A stretch of 64,000 bases of DNA from assembly GCF_006345805.1 (NCBI RefSeq), contig NW_021832273.1, positions 62,001 through 126,000 of the forward strand, in the 5' to 3' direction. The notes under the pieces were generated by a model that was not told the DNA's origin, ran no database searches, and saw only the letters and a list, made by a program, of their open reading frames with translations. Made by a program: the position numbers and the translations under genes. This document shows positions 12,700-27,467 of this stretch, piece after piece; positions within the stretch are counted from its first letter, which is position 1, and every line of letters starts with the position of its first letter. The stretch comes from Octopus sinensis (lineage: Eukaryota).

Positions 12700-13520
12700 G
12701 ATAGTAGAACCATCCGTATAGGTGGTGCCTGCTTAAGAGAGAGTTTTTTCCATCATGTTAAAGTCCACTGCTTCAGAAAGGCTGTGACTAACTCGTAAAC
12801 AGCTGAGTTTGTGCGTTGGGCTAGAGTTTTTTTCGTTTGGTCATTTTTAGATTTTAGTGGAAATACCCTGTTTTTTTAAATCTTCTATCGCTTCATTTGT
12901 AAAGTCAGATTGGGAGGAAACAGCGATTTAGAGTTCAGTAATTTTACTTGTAGGGGGATATAAATAGGATTCCGTGTAAATTGGAAGGATGTAAGGTTGA
13001 CTCTGATCAAAAAAGCAAAAGAGATTCCAAGATCGATTTCTAGAAAGAAAAAAAGTCAGCCAAGTCTAACTAGCAAATCCGAAAATTAAATGAAAAGCCC
13101 AGCTTTTAATGAAGTTTTTTTCTACTAGGAGAGAGGATATGTCTCTGAACTAAATCTTTTGTTTAACTATGATCACTTGAAGATCACTGTTTATAAATAG
13201 CTCGTGCCATTTGTAAATAGCGATTAGCGACATGAAACTGATAAAAAAAGGATGGCTATTTGCAGAAAGAAAATAATTTGCAGAAATAGGGTGTAATTGA
13301 GCGCTTTAATCAAACATTGACACGGGGTATGGAAAAACTGATAGATAATAAAAATTGGAAACATTTTTTAGACAAAGTTACGTTTTTATAATACGACACA
13401 TCACTCGGCAATAAATGAGACTTTCTTCAAAAAGTATAGAGATATATCTGGAATTTAACGTGCCATTCGTGAAATATTAGGTTATAATCTCACTTATAAG
13501 TTAGATGAAAATAATGAGGC
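12700..13520 (+). mobile_element. Degenerate Ty3/gypsy integrase remnant
   Basis: GVIERFNQTL near 13290-13320 and YNTTHHSAI near 13390-13415 are gypsy integrase motifs; many stops and frameshifts. The left boundary is uncertain. Confidence 0.65.
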
Positions 13521-14029
13521 CTCGTTTGTAGTAGATAAACTTGATAGAAAATATACGATGTATTTTTTAGAAACGAATAATAAAATTTTTGATTTTACTC
13601 CTCCAGAAATGAATTCATTTTATTTTAAAAGAATGAATAAAAAGATGGTAGTACACAAGTCAAAATATGATTTTGAATTAAGAAATGAGATATAATTAAA
13701 TAAAAACAGTTTAGGTTAGAATTTTAAAAGATTGTGGGGACGAATCTTTCATTGAAACTACACAGATTTGAATCCCCATATGAAGAAAAGGGGAAAAAAT
13801 ATAATGTCTAATAACAGATTAATGTGAGAAACTACACTTTAAATGAAAAATTTCAAATTTTATCCAGAAAAAAAATGATGAGACTATTAAGAAAATATAG
13901 ATTTTTCTGCAATAAGATATGAATGATTATCCTTCTTTACTTCTTTTTGTTGGTAGCTTCTTTTTACCTGGAAATGATTGATTGGCTGTAATTTCAATGA
14001 AAATGATTAATGGATTCTGATTAATATAA

Positions 14030-14230
14030 TGTAAATACAAGGAAAGAGTATTCTTTGGACCTAAAACAAAAAGTTGTAACAGCCTACCAAAAAGGTAAAA
14101 AAATATGGAAGATTTTTACACTGTTGACATCACCAGAAAGTACTGCTTGGTATATTATTACTCCATGAAAACAACACGGAACTGTTATTAATCTCTGTAG
14201 ATTGGTCGTCAGAAAAGTTTCTGTTCATAG
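14030..14230 (+). mobile_element. Tc1 transposase N-terminal remnant
   Basis: KEYSLDLKQKVV...G...ESTAWYII...HGTVINL matches the Tc1 paired-like HTH. Confidence 0.65.
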
Positions 14231-14346
14231 CGTCAAAAACCAACATGCATGTAACAACAAAAAAATAAAAATGATATTTGAATTCAGTAAAAGAAGAAGC
14301 AATAAACCAAATAGAGAGACATTGTTAAACTTTAGATGACTTGTCC

Positions 14347-15088
14347 TTAGGATTTATTAGTCAAATCCTTAGGATTAATGATAGTGACACTGTCAGGCAA
14401 CAATTTTTTAGGTCCCTTGACGCCAGTTGGGTCATGTGGCTTCATAATAGTGACTTGTATACCGATGACACCTACAAATATGAATAGTCATTACCTGATT
14501 TCATCTGAATCCCTGTCACAGCCCTGTCCAAATAGTAGTTGGGAGCATCCCCGGAGTGAATCAAATAACCGTCCACAAATTTAGAACACCTGGCCCTCTG
14601 ACCGCGAAGTTTTCCGGACACTTTGACCTCAACTCCGTTTGCACCCGCCCCCATGCATAACTTGATAGTCGAATGGGCTGCCCTCCTCACCGCCAACCCA
14701 CTTATCAGCTTGTAACGAATAGACTCCACCTGTGCCACTGCACTAAGCCCTTTATCTTGAAGACGTTCGACAGATATCTTGACTAACTAACAAATAGAGT
14801 ACTTCGATTTGATCTGTGGGGAATCCAAAGCGAGAAGATATCAGTCCTTTCATTTCTCTAATCTTCAATCCCCGATCAGCAGCGATTTGCTGAGGGCGAG
14901 TGGCCATTAGGACAATTTCAATCTTCTTTGGATGATGACGAATGGAGACATCCGATAATCCCTCTTCACGGAATATTCTCATCATTGTTGACTTTAGTTC
15001 AGTTCTTAGTAGACCTTCGGCCACAAACTAGTGATATTAAAATATTTGATACTCGTTTCTTCATCGAGAGATTGTCTTGTCCGTACAT
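14347..15088 (-). CDS. RPS3: 40S ribosomal protein S3, 4 exons (introns 15028-15052, 14778-14802, 14472-14494)
   Basis: The spliced 669-nt frame gives [17 protein letters not shown]...[19 protein letters not shown]...[20 protein letters not shown]...HDPTG.KGPKK.LPD.V.I..PKD. Confidence 0.97.
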
Positions 15089-15169
15089 GCCACTAGAACT
15101 ACAGGTGAGAAATTATTCAAATGTAGAAAATATAATTAATTTAAACTTTAATTAATTATGATAACAATA

Positions 15170-15560
15170 AAAAAGTTATCTTGCATGAACAGGCTGAAAA
15201 ATAAATGTGATTTTCACTTGACTTTAGCCACTTCTTCATTTTTTGGAAGTCATTGTGTAATACAACTGGTAACGTCATCCTTGGTCGACCACGAAAGCAT
15301 TCCCTCTCAAACATGAAATAATCCTCCATCGCCAGATTAGCTGGGGCAGCGAAATTTACACGCAGAATATGGCCATACAGTTTTCATTTGGCGTCAGTGA
15401 TATCCAGGCTTAAGGCCTACTTGTGCATTTGTTGTAAATTCCAGCATTTGAAATTCTGGCAGGCCAGTGCATTACAAATAAAATCCCAAGCTGTTTTTTG
15501 TAAAACGCACTGAAAGCCGTTGATTTCACATTCATACAGGCACAAGTGCCAACATTTAAC
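15170..15560 (-). mobile_element. RTE-like 3' remnant
   Basis: ANLAMEDYF...FRGRPRMTLPVVLHND parallels ANFAMEKYF...FRGLPRITLPEVLDAD at 51.9-52.1 kb. Confidence 0.7.
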
Positions 15561-16514
15561 AATATTATCGACTTTAAAAATAAATTTTACATATGCATCC
15601 GTAGATTGACATTGAGTTCTTTCGGAAGTGTTGTCCTCTTTTGAGTTTTTTATTGCTACCTCAGAAGTGTTGTCCTTTTGATGTTATATTCTGTTTCAGC
15701 CAGTAGGAATCCAAGCTTGTTGACGTGTCGCTAACATTCTAATTTAAATTTTGAATAAAAAATTATAAAAATTAACGTATATTTTTATTTTGTAGGTGTG
15801 TTCCAGAGCGAAGTTTATTCACCTTACTTTCTGAACTTTTCGTTTGTTCAATAAAAAAAATGTTAATATTTTTAAAACACGACATATAGATATTTTTATA
15901 TTAATTATCCCGCCATGGATTATTGATCCATTCATCATAAAACTTTTCGCAGTTGAGATCGAGAAACAAAAAGACATGGATTTGCAATCTGACATCATGA
16001 CGTTTTAGGTTACACTGATTTACCAAAAAATTCCCAAATCTATGGACAAGTCAATTTTTTAATTGCTTTTGCATCTACCTATTTAATTGAATGTGGCTTT
16101 AGAAAAGTAGTACGACATACAAAATCGAGGAATAGACTTGATGTTGTCAATAGAGGTAATCTACGAACACAATATCAAATATAATTCCCAAAAGGCCAAA
16201 TTTTTTAATTTTCTAAATTTAACTATTTATTTTAACTTTAAAAATTGAAAATAGTGGCCAGTAACAGAAATTTCCAAGTAACTGAATTTTCCTATAAATT
16301 TTATTTTTCGTAAAAAGTGGCGACTAATGGGGGGAGACTATCCCGGTTTGACTGTATTATTTGCAACGATATGTTTTGTATAAAAAATATTTTTTGAATT
16401 TAAATAATTTACGTGACAAATTTGATTTTTTCTTTTTGATGAATACAATATTTATTTAAATACTGAATAGTTAATAAGGTAGGGGAAGTTTAATTTGAAT
16501 TAGTCACCGTACGG

Positions 16515-16770
16515 ATGGACAGGCAATTTTTACGTAATATCGCGAGCGATATCCGTTGGAAAAGCCAGCTCGACTGTCGTGACTTCTGTCTTGAACAGGA
16601 ATATTGTAGACTTGTCAGGACGTTTTTGGTCTAGCCTAACTGGTTCCAGTACTGAGGGGAATCCAGCGTATAAATGATACATTATTAGATAATAGATTTA
16701 AAAGCAGAATTGGGTTGGCCTTCGGTTGGATTAGACTCATTTCACAAATTTTGTTAGAACAGACCATTAA
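16515..16770 (+). CDS. Possible small host gene with micro-introns, unassigned
   Basis: GC-richer island starting ATG GAC AGG (MDRQFLRNIASDIRWKSQLDC) with 21-nt GT..AG candidates; the splice model could not be resolved. Confidence 0.25.
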
Positions 16771-19279
16771 AAAATAATCGATCATAGAAGTCAGTATCAT
16801 TAGAAATTTAAAAAATTATTCTTTTTTGAGAAGAAAAATATTATTGCATACTCGCAACGGGAAGGAATTCGTCATTCGATTAGCAATTTTTTTACGATAA
16901 TTCGTGTCGGTGTTTAATGGCAACGGCTTTTTGTCAACCTGGGTTAACTAAAGACCGGTCAAAATTAATAAAAATATATAAATGACATTTTAATTTTGCC
17001 CTACGGATTATTCTTGGTGTAAAAAATTATTTTTAAAATTTTTAGTGAAATGTTTAATTAGAAATTAAAAACAGTATACAGTAAACTCTTTCGAATCCGC
17101 CATTTTTGGTTCCTGATCGAAATTTTTGGAATCTGGAGGATTTGTTTCCAATTTTTAATTGATATTCCTATTTTTAAAATCGGCGATCCAGTTGTCAGAC
17201 GGGTGTATGTTGACAATAATAAAAAACACGGAAAAGTGCCTTAAATGAGCACATGTTAAAGGAGTATCTGCCACGGGAATGATTGATCTAAAAGCAGAAG
17301 ATGGTAGTGTGATTGAAGAAAATAGCAGAGACTCAGCGAAGCTAGAATAGCTTAACCAAAAATTAATTCAATGACATTTATATTATCAAAAATAAAATGA
17401 TTTAGTGAATAATTTGAATATTTTAAAGCAAACTTGTAGTAATTCTACAACGCCAAGTTGTAAGATTTTCTTACAAATTAATTTTAATAAGATTATTAAG
17501 GTGATATACAGGAACAAAGATTTTCTTACATCTTTTCCGAAAATGATCAAGAAAAGGTGTTCAGCAATTTACTTTAATCAAAAATTATTTCAGTGTAACA
17601 CCGGCAATCGAGTCTTCAGGAGGGTGCATCTTGACTCTTCTTTGGGGACAATGCTGCCCAACAGCCATTCAATATGTGGTACGTCGTTGTTGAGCTGACC
17701 CTTGCAGCTTAGCTTGCACCTAATCTCATTCTCTTTTTGATCAAATATTTATTGTCATAACTTAGAATAAGGTAAGTTATAATTTGCAATCATTAGTATA
17801 GAACTTATTTTATCTTATTAGTATGGAACGTTTGTTGTTTTGTTATTTGACTTCTAAATCAGTATATTGAGTATCGATTTTTTAGCTGCTCGTATTAACC
17901 GTATCTAATTGTAACCGGTCACAATTATTAATTTCTACTTAATGCATCTTCTTTCAGTGGATTCTCCTCCTCTTCGAGCCAGAGCCAATCTTCGATGGGA
18001 ACACTCATCTATCTTACAGATCGCCCTAGTCTGTGGTCATTCTCAAGTTCGATCCAATGGCCTCACTTGACAAAGCTTCCTCCGTTGTTTCATTTGTAAA
18101 CTGAGTCATTTGGATTCTTCAGTTGGAATCATTCCAAACTTATTTCTGTACGGATACTGTCCAATATTTCCGTATAACCACAATGCTCTTCAGTAGTGTT
18201 CTTCAATAAGCAATCAATTAAAAAAAAATATCGCATAATTTTAAGAATTATGAAAAACAAAAATCGTTTCTTTTCGAAACGTATATGAAATTTCGCGACT
18301 TTAAACACTCTTCATTCGAAGTATGCATAGCATGCTATCTCTCTTGAGTGTACTTTTTTAGCTCTGAACTTAAGCGTGCAAGTCTAAAACATCATATCGA
18401 TGTGGAAATCGATCAAATGAAAACTTCATCGAAAAATTTAGCCCCCACCACATTGCATTTTTAGTGCAAATTGATTTTGCTTAATTTCTTCTAATATAAA
18501 CATTACGGTTGTTGATTCCAATTGGTCGGAATATCTTTACTCTAAAGTACCAAAAATTGTTCAACAGTGCTTTTTCTTGAATTTTCATTGACCTCTAAAT
18601 GGCCTTTCCTACTTCAAACCTAACATTATTAAAAGTTTAGTAGAATAAATTCAATTAAATAAACATCCTGGAATCTTTTAAAGTGGGCTTCTTCAACGCC
18701 TCTCCATTACCGTAATCCGCGGAAACTGTTCCGCAATCCGTGCGGCTGGGAGGGCGCCCTAAACTGCGTAGTCTTAAGCAAACTTTCTCTTTTTCTAACT
18801 GTCTTTGATTTAACTTCAAATTTGTAAAAAAAATTAAACACTGTTGATTTAAACACTGAGATATTCTATTTTAGATAAAGATGCTTCTAAATCTCACAAG
18901 TTTGGGAGCAAGTTTGGTTAAATAACATCAGCCATATGGATCCAGTGTACTTGTGTAATTTTCATACTTTTCCACCACTTTTATTGTCCTCAATACTTTT
19001 TCTACCCTTCGATATAGGTTTGACATGGGCACTCCTTAATTAACAGTATCTTAATTCCAGTTCTAAATTCGATTGGTAAGCTGTAAATATTTGGGCTCTT
19101 TTCTTTCTTCTTTTGTTATACTATTTACCTATACTTTTATTTTGACTTCACAGCTACATTTTGAATTGAATATTCGTCATATTTAATTACAAAATTATTA
19201 ATTAATCTATTTTTATCAAATTATTATGTAATACTTATTTCAATCCACAATCCACATTTCGCCCTTTCCTCCACAATCC

Positions 19280-20375
19280 ACATTTCAACATGGATTCAAG
19301 GAAGGATTGCAACGACCTCCTTCCTCACCACAAAACAGATTTCATAAAGGAAGGACACCAAAAAGAAGAAATTGCAGGAGAATCAATGTTATGCACTATC
19401 GACATTCAAAAAAGCGTTTGACTCCTCCCAAGGAAGATATCCTAATCAAAGATATTTGGTACAATATTTCTACACCTATGAAGCTATGGATAGCGAATTT
19501 TTTGAGCGGACGTCGGGGAAAGTGTGCGTCGGGAACGAGAGTTCAAGATCACGCTTTTTGCCCAATGGTGTACCCCAGGGTTCTCCTTTATCCCCGACCC
19601 TCTTCAACTTGTTTCTGATGATCTCCCGGTTCCTATGGATAATAATGACATACTACTCTCCTATGCCGATGACATAGTTGTCGCATCAAGGGATGTAAAT
19701 GTCGAATACGCGAAGGAAAGACTACAAAGAATACTGGACGAATTATATGGATGGCTATATGAAACAGACTACATGCATGTTCCGAAAAGTCAGCAGTCAC
19801 CCTATTCACGAAAAACAGGAAGATGGGGACGAAAACTATTGAAGTCACGCTGAATGGAGTCCCAATACCACAAAAGAAAACACAGAAGATATTGGGTGTA
19901 ACGTTTTGACACTTTCCTCTGTTTCTCACCTCATGTTGAATCGATCGTGTCAACTTGTATAAAGAAAATCAATCTTGTGAAAGCCTTTCTTTCGAAACTG
20001 GTGGGAGAACTTGTCCGCCAGGGGTAGAGACCCTTTACAAGCAGTATATCGAGCCAACAATAGGCTATGCATGTGCTGCTTGGGGCTGTAACCTGGCGGC
20101 AACGAACCAACAAAATCGAGAAAATCCAAGAAAAATCCATAAACATACTGAAGACCATACCGACATGAAAATTGTCCATCGAACACTGAGTCTCTTGTAG
20201 AGGCAAGTGGGAGGGATCGTGGAGATGGACCACAAACATTCACCGTACATACAGAAAAGTGTGTGGGTCCGGTCTGAACATCGTGAAAAAGATGGCTAGA
20301 CTGTTGAGAAGTGTCGGAATCACCTGAACACGTTAGTTAATGGTTAAGACGGTGATTCTGTTTTTGGCTTAAATA
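19280..20375 (+). mobile_element. Jockey/I-like LINE RT fragment (family E), frameshifted, (TAA)n tail
   Basis: DIQKAFDS, GVPQGSPLSPTLFNL, YADD, YKQYIEPTIGYACAAW; ends GGCTTAAATAATAATAATAATAA. Confidence 0.9.
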
Positions 20376-20600
20376 ATAATAATAATAAAATCTTCATCAG
20401 TACACTCGACTAAATGTAGTTTTCAAAATCATTCACAACAGAAAAATTTTAATTAATTTGTAATAATAAATTTTTTTTAATTTCTTAATAAAATTTATTT
20501 ATTATTTAAGTGCTGAGATGAAAGAAAGTAATCATCAAAATAACGGCTGAAAACATTTTTAACAATGTAAAAATAAATAAATGTATAAACCATAACCAGG

Positions 20601-21760
20601 ATGAAAGCTCTATCGGACATCGGACTCGTCAAAGTCCAAATTAACGAAGGAATGACGAAATCTCGATTTACTGAACTATCCGCAAGAACAAGTTTCCAAG
20701 TCAAAAACATGGCGCGATCTATTGATTACTGTCAAAACCACAAAAAGTTTTTTAAAAGTAAAGGTGTTAGATTTATCCCTCGAAAGCGAAATGATCCTTG
20801 TTCGGTTGAAGAAGTGAATCAAGAAGACTACACATCGGACGTTTTTCAGTTGATTTTTTAATGATATTTTTTATATTTAATTTTAAATTTAAGTCCAACA
20901 AATATATTTTTAGAAAAAGAACTTCTTAAAATAAACGAGCTCCGAGATTCAACGTGTGAAAGAAAAGATCAAATCAACACTCAGAGCAAAGCCAAATCGT
21001 TGAAATGAAATGAAAATGAAACAATCGATCTTCTTAAGGTGCAAATGACTATGGTATGTATTCCTACTAATTAAACTCTCCAGTGTTTCAATTAGTAGTC
21101 CAATTATTCATGGTTAGCACAAACACTCCCGATTGCGACACAGACATAATGGCTTCTGAATGTCGTCATATTCTGGTTTTCTAAACCTTGACATGCCAGG
21201 ACACTCTCTCAAAAACATTATCCTGTCAATTGTCCCCAAGACCACCAAATCTTGATGAAGCCATTAAAATGTTGGATGAAAAGAACATTATCAAACTATT
21301 TCCTTCAAAATATGATGAACTATTGTCTGAGGAGGTACTTGGGAGTCTAAAATGCCCCTCAAAAGGATTTAAAAGTTCTTTTCTGCCAATTTGTATTTCC
21401 GAGATTCTAAAACTCGGTTAATGTTCAATCACATGGATTTGCTGGCGTCAAGAATGGACGTTTTTCCATTTCCGAGATTATTCATGAGCAAATATCCTGA
21501 AATGAGCAATCGACGTCGAGTTTTAAGATATGACGAATTAAAGTATAGGAAATGTATTTTCAACGTTAGCCTGTTTGCATATGGTCTTGAAATGTGTCAG
21601 ACAGGTGGGGTGGAAGTATTTGGATGTGAATCGGAATTATCTCACATATTTGAGTCCTGCTTATCTCAAATCATATAATCACAAAATTGGTAAAAAATCA
21701 AGAAGTATCATTTTAATGCAGTCAAGGTTGTGTAGTTACTATACACAGAGTTTTTAGTTT
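20601..21760 (+). CDS. Probable multi-exon host gene or pseudogene, unassigned
   Basis: Chain of same-strand ORFs (20601-20861, 21188-21421, 21391-21678) with protein-like composition and no TE motifs. Confidence 0.3.
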
Positions 21761-22075
21761 TTAAAAACATATAAAATTCTGCCTCCGAATATCACAGATT
21801 GTCAGCTCCTAATATTTCGTATTCCCGAAGTTGACTGTATTTGGAGACTAGACAACATTGAAAAGCCGAATTGGTTGTTTGTTAGATTTTTGTCTCAATT
21901 GTATCCCAATAGGCATATTACTGTCATTTCGTTGTTCATTTTTGAAACATAAACTGAAAAATACTCATCCTAGCAATTTCTCTAGTCATGGAATTTCTAA
22001 GTTGTCTAATTTTTAAAGAATTGAAATGAAACATTACAGGTTTGTGTAATTGTAATAAAAAATGATTGTATAGAG

Positions 22076-24193
22076 CAGGGCTGGCCAACCAAGGCCCGCC
22101 GGGCCGCATGCGCCCGCGATGGAGTTGGTGCGGCCCGCGAGAGAGAAATTTGTATGTAGTTAACCTATAAATACATTCAAGATAAAATTTCTTAAGTTTA
22201 ATAAATAAGATAAATTTATAAGTTTAATAAATTTTAAAGTTTATCTATTTGTGTAGCTGTTATCAATATGAAGAAAAGGAAAAATTTGAAGAAAACAGGC
22301 AATTCAGCAATCATTGGGAAGAGATTACTTTTTTATAATGCATAATTCCAAGCCAACATGTTTAATTGCAAGGAGAAAGTATCGGGTGGTGAAAGAGTAC
22401 AATGTAAGAAGACATTATGAAACAAAGCATTCCGATACGCGAAATTTAGTAAGGAATTGAAAACAAGGAAACTGGATTCGCTTAAATCTGAATTGAGAAA
22501 TCAGCAAAGACTATAAATTCATCGATACACTCTTCTTCTGATAATGTTAAAGCAAGCTACTCTGTTGCAATGATAATTTCAAAGAGAATGAAATCATTTT
22601 CGGATGGAGAATTTCGTAAAAGAGTGTTTGGATGCTGTCGTGAAAGACATTTTGCCAGATAAAACTAAAAAGTTTCAAACATTAGCTTGTCACGTAAACC
22701 AATGTCGCAGGTTAATGACATTTCAAATGAAATTGTGGTGACTTTGCGTGATCAAATAAAAATATTTCAAAGTTATTCTTTGGCCTTTGACGAATGCACG
22801 GATATATCAGACACGTCTCAATTGTAGTATTATTCGTGGAGTTACCGAATCTTTCAAGTGAAACAAGAAATGCTTAACCTTGTCAGTTTGAAAGATACTA
22901 CAAAGGGCGAAATATTTTCCAAGCTGTTATGAAATGTTTACCGACAATGGAGCGAATTTAGAGACCCTTGGCTGGATGACAAAGATGGGGCGCCGGCTAT
23001 GATTGGAAGAAATAAAGGAGTTGTAAAGCTAATAATGGATGAGATGGAGTCAAGAAGCATAAAAAATGATTTATTTGTAATAACACTGCTTGATACATCA
23101 ACACAATTTGTGCGCGCAAGTGTTGTCTATGAACCATGTTATGAGTGTGGTTGTAAGAACTATAAATTCATTCGTTCTCATGCACTTCAACATCGCCAGT
23201 TAAAGAAATAGAATATTGAACGTTATATTCTCACTATGGTGATCTTGTGTATTTTTCCAATGTCAGATGGCTGAGTCGCGGAAAATTTTAAAACGTTTTT
23301 TCGACTTGAGAGAAGAAATCAAAAGTTTTATGATGCATAAGAAAATGACATTAACTGAATTAAATGATGAAGAATGGATGCTAGATCTGTGCTTTTTGGT
23401 AGATATAACCGAAAAAATTAATCAATTAAACAAGGAGTTACAAGGACAGGATAATTGATTACTAATGCATGCCATCAAGTCAAAGCATTTCGAATGAAAT
23501 TGTCATTGTTTGAATGTCAAATAAGAAATGGAAATGATCAACATTTTCCAACGCTAAATCAATTTTAAAATCAGCCATTGTAAAAATTCTTCAAGTACGC
23601 TGATGAAATAAAAATCTTGATGCAGCATTTGACAGTCGATTCTCGGACAAAAAAAATATGAGAAAATGTTTAAACATTTTCTTCTCCATTTCATGTTGAC
23701 GTTTCTATTGTTTCAAATACTTTGCAGACGGAAATAATTGACCTACAGTGCAACAGTGAACTAAGACTTGTTTATCCTACTATATCCAAAATTGACTTTA
23801 TAACAAATATGTGACTGCAGAAAAATATCCCAACTTAAGAATTTTTGCACAAGAGTTGTAAGCTCCTTTGGATCTACTTACGTATGTGAATCATTCTTTT
23901 CGAAATAAAGTTAGTAAAAGTAGATATAGATCTTCTTTAACAGATAAAAAATTAAGAAAACCAATTAAGATGTGCAACTAGTAATTGTGAAGTTGATTTG
24001 AAAAAATTAAGTGAAGATAAAGAAAAACAGATTTTCATTGATACGTATAATTGGACTGAATGCTATTTACTAAATAATAAAATCGCTTATCTGTGTTGTT
24101 TTGATATCTATCCTTAGTATGTAATGTATAGCGGCCCGCGGAAAGGAGTCTTGGACAAAGTGCCCGCGATGCGATTTGGGTTGGCCAGGCCTG
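22076..24193 (+). mobile_element. Full-span degenerate hAT (SPIN/GTF2IRD2-like)
   Basis: 15-bp TIRs CAGGGCTGGCCAACC / GGTTGGCCAGGCCTG; 8-bp TSD GTATAGAG at 22068-22075 and 24194-24201; LAFDECTD, DGAPAMIG and RWLSRG motifs. Confidence 0.95.
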
Positions 24194-25430
24194 GTATAGA
24201 GGAAACCAAACTTGCTTGAATGATCTGATTAGACGAGTAGTCGAAAAATTAATTCCAGTGAAATTCGATATGAGTGGTGTGTTTGATTTCTTTTTATATC
24301 TTTTTTGTGTAATAAGTTCTGTGAAATTTATTAAATGCTGATTAAAGCTAGAAAAAATAATGGAAGATTCATATTCTTCCATTTTTATGAATTAATACTT
24401 ACTTATTTAACATTTGTTTAGCTATTCTATTTTATATTCAATATATACATCAACGATTCTGTGATCAGTACAATCATTAAAAAAAAATCAAAGATCAACA
24501 AAACCCTTTCCTAATAAATAGTGCAGTCCAATTTTGATTTGGAACAGTCTTTAGGCTGAAATATCTCAGTTTTAGAAACACTTTGTAGGATCTCTGCCTG
24601 GAATAAATAATTGCTTTTGAATGAAAACTTCGATTTAGAACAAAATTTACCTGTGGAAACATTATTCCAAAAGTTTCAGTCTGAAACAACAACTTACGAT
24701 ATTTTTAAAACATTTGATAGTAAAGTTTTCGACATTTTTTTAACAATTACAGCTCAAAAATATTCAGGTTTCTGGTCATCTTATCTAAAAAATTAGTAAT
24801 TTTACTTTTTTTACATCGTTGATATGAAAATTGCAGTTAAATAAAATTGTCAAAGCTTTAAAGCATATCGAATGGTTGTTCAACCAATTAAAAAAACACA
24901 TGAACACATTAAAAATCCTTAATGGCGAAGGAAATTTGTGCATTCGTGGTGAAATTCAATCATTTTGAAAGTTTTCCATCAAAAATTGATGATAATTACA
25001 ATTTGTTGAAATAATATTTTTTAAAAAACTCTTTTTTAAAAGTAAAAAAACATTTATTTATAAATCAAGTGATTTTAAAAGAGTTGGAAGTTATGGAGTT
25101 GATTTTGATATTTTGAGTCATACTTCCGACCATTTTGGCACCTTGATGGGGCTAGTTTCATTGGTGCAAGCCCAAATTAACATGAAACATTTAAATGGCT
25201 GTATGAGAGACTTCTTATCGTTTCAAGAATGATCCCATGTACGTAAGGACTTGAATACAAGTATAATCATATTCCTCCATTTTAGAGTATATCCTGCCTA
25301 TAACTTTGCATATCCTATGTTAATATGAGTTACACAAGCTTTAAGAACTACTAAATATAGAGACAGGGGTGAGTAATATAACTGGATTTTGACCCAATTT
25401 GGTTTATTATTTATATTTTATTATAAATTG

Positions 25431-26369
25431 TCACAGTCCAGAGCTGCGAGACGTCAGGGCTCCTATACGACCAAGTTTCAACACAAAGATATAAAGTAAC
25501 AAACACTGATGGAGAAATGATCATTATGATGAAGAAACAGAAAAACACTGTACGTATAATCCGGGTGGAAAGAGGTTATCATAATTTTGATTCTCTTAAT
25601 TTTTTGATTTCTGAAAAACATGCATCAAACATGGGTTTACTTTCAGCAAGTCTTCTGATATGGGAGTGCAATTTTAGTTTTTTATCAGCAAATAATTTAG
25701 AATGGAAAGTTAATACAAAATCATGTTCTATTTTAATGCCGCGCTTCATGGATTGCAAGACAATTACTTCTAATAATGGCAAATTAAAAATTTTAATTAA
25801 CATTTTTAATAAATTTTATCACTAAAAATAGTCTGGTTGATCACTATTTTATTTTATTTATTAATCCCCCAAGCTTGCATAGCAAACCCAGCACTAACAG
25901 TCACAGCTAACTAATCGAATGAAGAAGCTAAGGAAAGAAGGAACTGTCTGTGTCGATCAGCATAAGCCTCCAAATCTTTAATACAGCCTTCCGGATTCAA
26001 AGAGAGGTGGAGAATATTTGGTATACCCAGTTCCTATTTGTCAGCCTCCTACCGTCGCTCACCCCACATCATTTGTTTTCGGAAGGGTTTTACATAATGA
26101 AGATTTTTTCATTGGTAATGTGATCAAGGGAAGGTAGGAGGTCCCCTTTCTACATCATTTTCCGTGGAAATTTAAATAAAATCATAAAACGCTACGTTCA
26201 ATTAATGATTTTGATGCTATGTTGTTTTGCGAAAAAGCACGATCTCTTAATAAAAAAATTAATAATTTTAGATATTTACCCAAGAGAACAACAAAAGAAC
26301 TTCAGAAATGTAATTTTTATAAAAATTTATTAATATTTTTAAACCTCGCCTAGCAGCTCTGGACTGTGA
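25431..26369. mobile_element. Unclassified 939-bp TIR element
   Basis: Perfect 17-bp TIR TCACAGTCCAGAGCTGC; flanking 9-mers TATAAATTG / TATAAATTA (8/9 match). Confidence 0.8.
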
Positions 26370-27467
26370 TATAAATTATTAACTTGTGAATATTAGGTTT
26401 ACGCATGCCGTAATATGAGTATGGCAACGTTGCGTTTAAGATGACTGTGATGTCAAAGAGGAAGTTGACGTAATTTGTGAAAAAAATGTATTTGATAGGT
26501 TGAATTACCTTCTCATAATTTATAAGGATGGTCCACGCTTCCCGACTATTCGTGGGATATTCCGCCATGGATTGAAATTTGAAGGTTTACGGGATTTTAT
26601 AACAGTTCAAGTTCTTTGCGGTAATTAGAATTTAAAGGGTTTTCTGTTGCCAATGTTATGTTGGGATGGGAGAAGCTATGGGTTTTGAACAAAAGGTAGT
26701 GACTGATAGCCATGGCAGGTGAGTGCCCCGGTATTTCCAAAATATACAGCCATGGTTAATGATAATTTGGTTTTAATGGTAATTGATTCATTGGAGGAGT
26801 GAATAAACAGCCAGCATCTAATTTTTTCCTACAAATAAAATAACATTTTCGATCAATAAATACAACTTTCGTGGTAAAACCAGAATAATGAATTTGATCA
26901 ACTACAGAGGACTTTCATTGGGAAAGAAGAAATTTGCTCTGAAGCCGAACTTTGAACCGTCCAAATCCTACGCAGTCTAATCGAACGTCTATACGACGTG
27001 GACAGTGGTTCTATGATTCCAACCATGATTTGAAATTAATCAAACTAACACTAAAGTAATATCAAAAAGGAATTGAATACGTCACATATAATACAAAAGC
27101 ATTTAGTACTGAATTATCCTATGCCAGGAGTGAACAACCAGTCGATCGCCTTCGATATGTAAATTGGTAATTAGATTTTTTATTTGATCAAATCTCAATA
27201 CAGGACCCGTTTAACGGATAACCATCTTGCCGATTGCATGAGAATAGCACTAAGCTCATATGAGCCAGAGAATTACAATTCCAAAAATCCCATCAACTTT
27301 TAATTATAAGATAAAAATTTTGTTATTAAAATAAACAAGTCGATCGATCAAAAATTGCAAAATGAAATCGACCAAAAATCACCACTGGCCTATGCGATCA
27401 TAATAATTGGTAAATACTCAGTTGGTAATTAACACGTTACTAAAGTAAGGACAACTTTGGTTGACTG

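Noticed and set aside
12650-13350. Possible LSU rRNA fragment (GTGGAAATACC and similar words)
   Set aside because: No extended match to conserved rRNA blocks, and downstream translation gives gypsy integrase motifs.
17560-18250. GC-richer island with protein-like translation
   Set aside because: Multiple stops in all frames and no identifiable motif.
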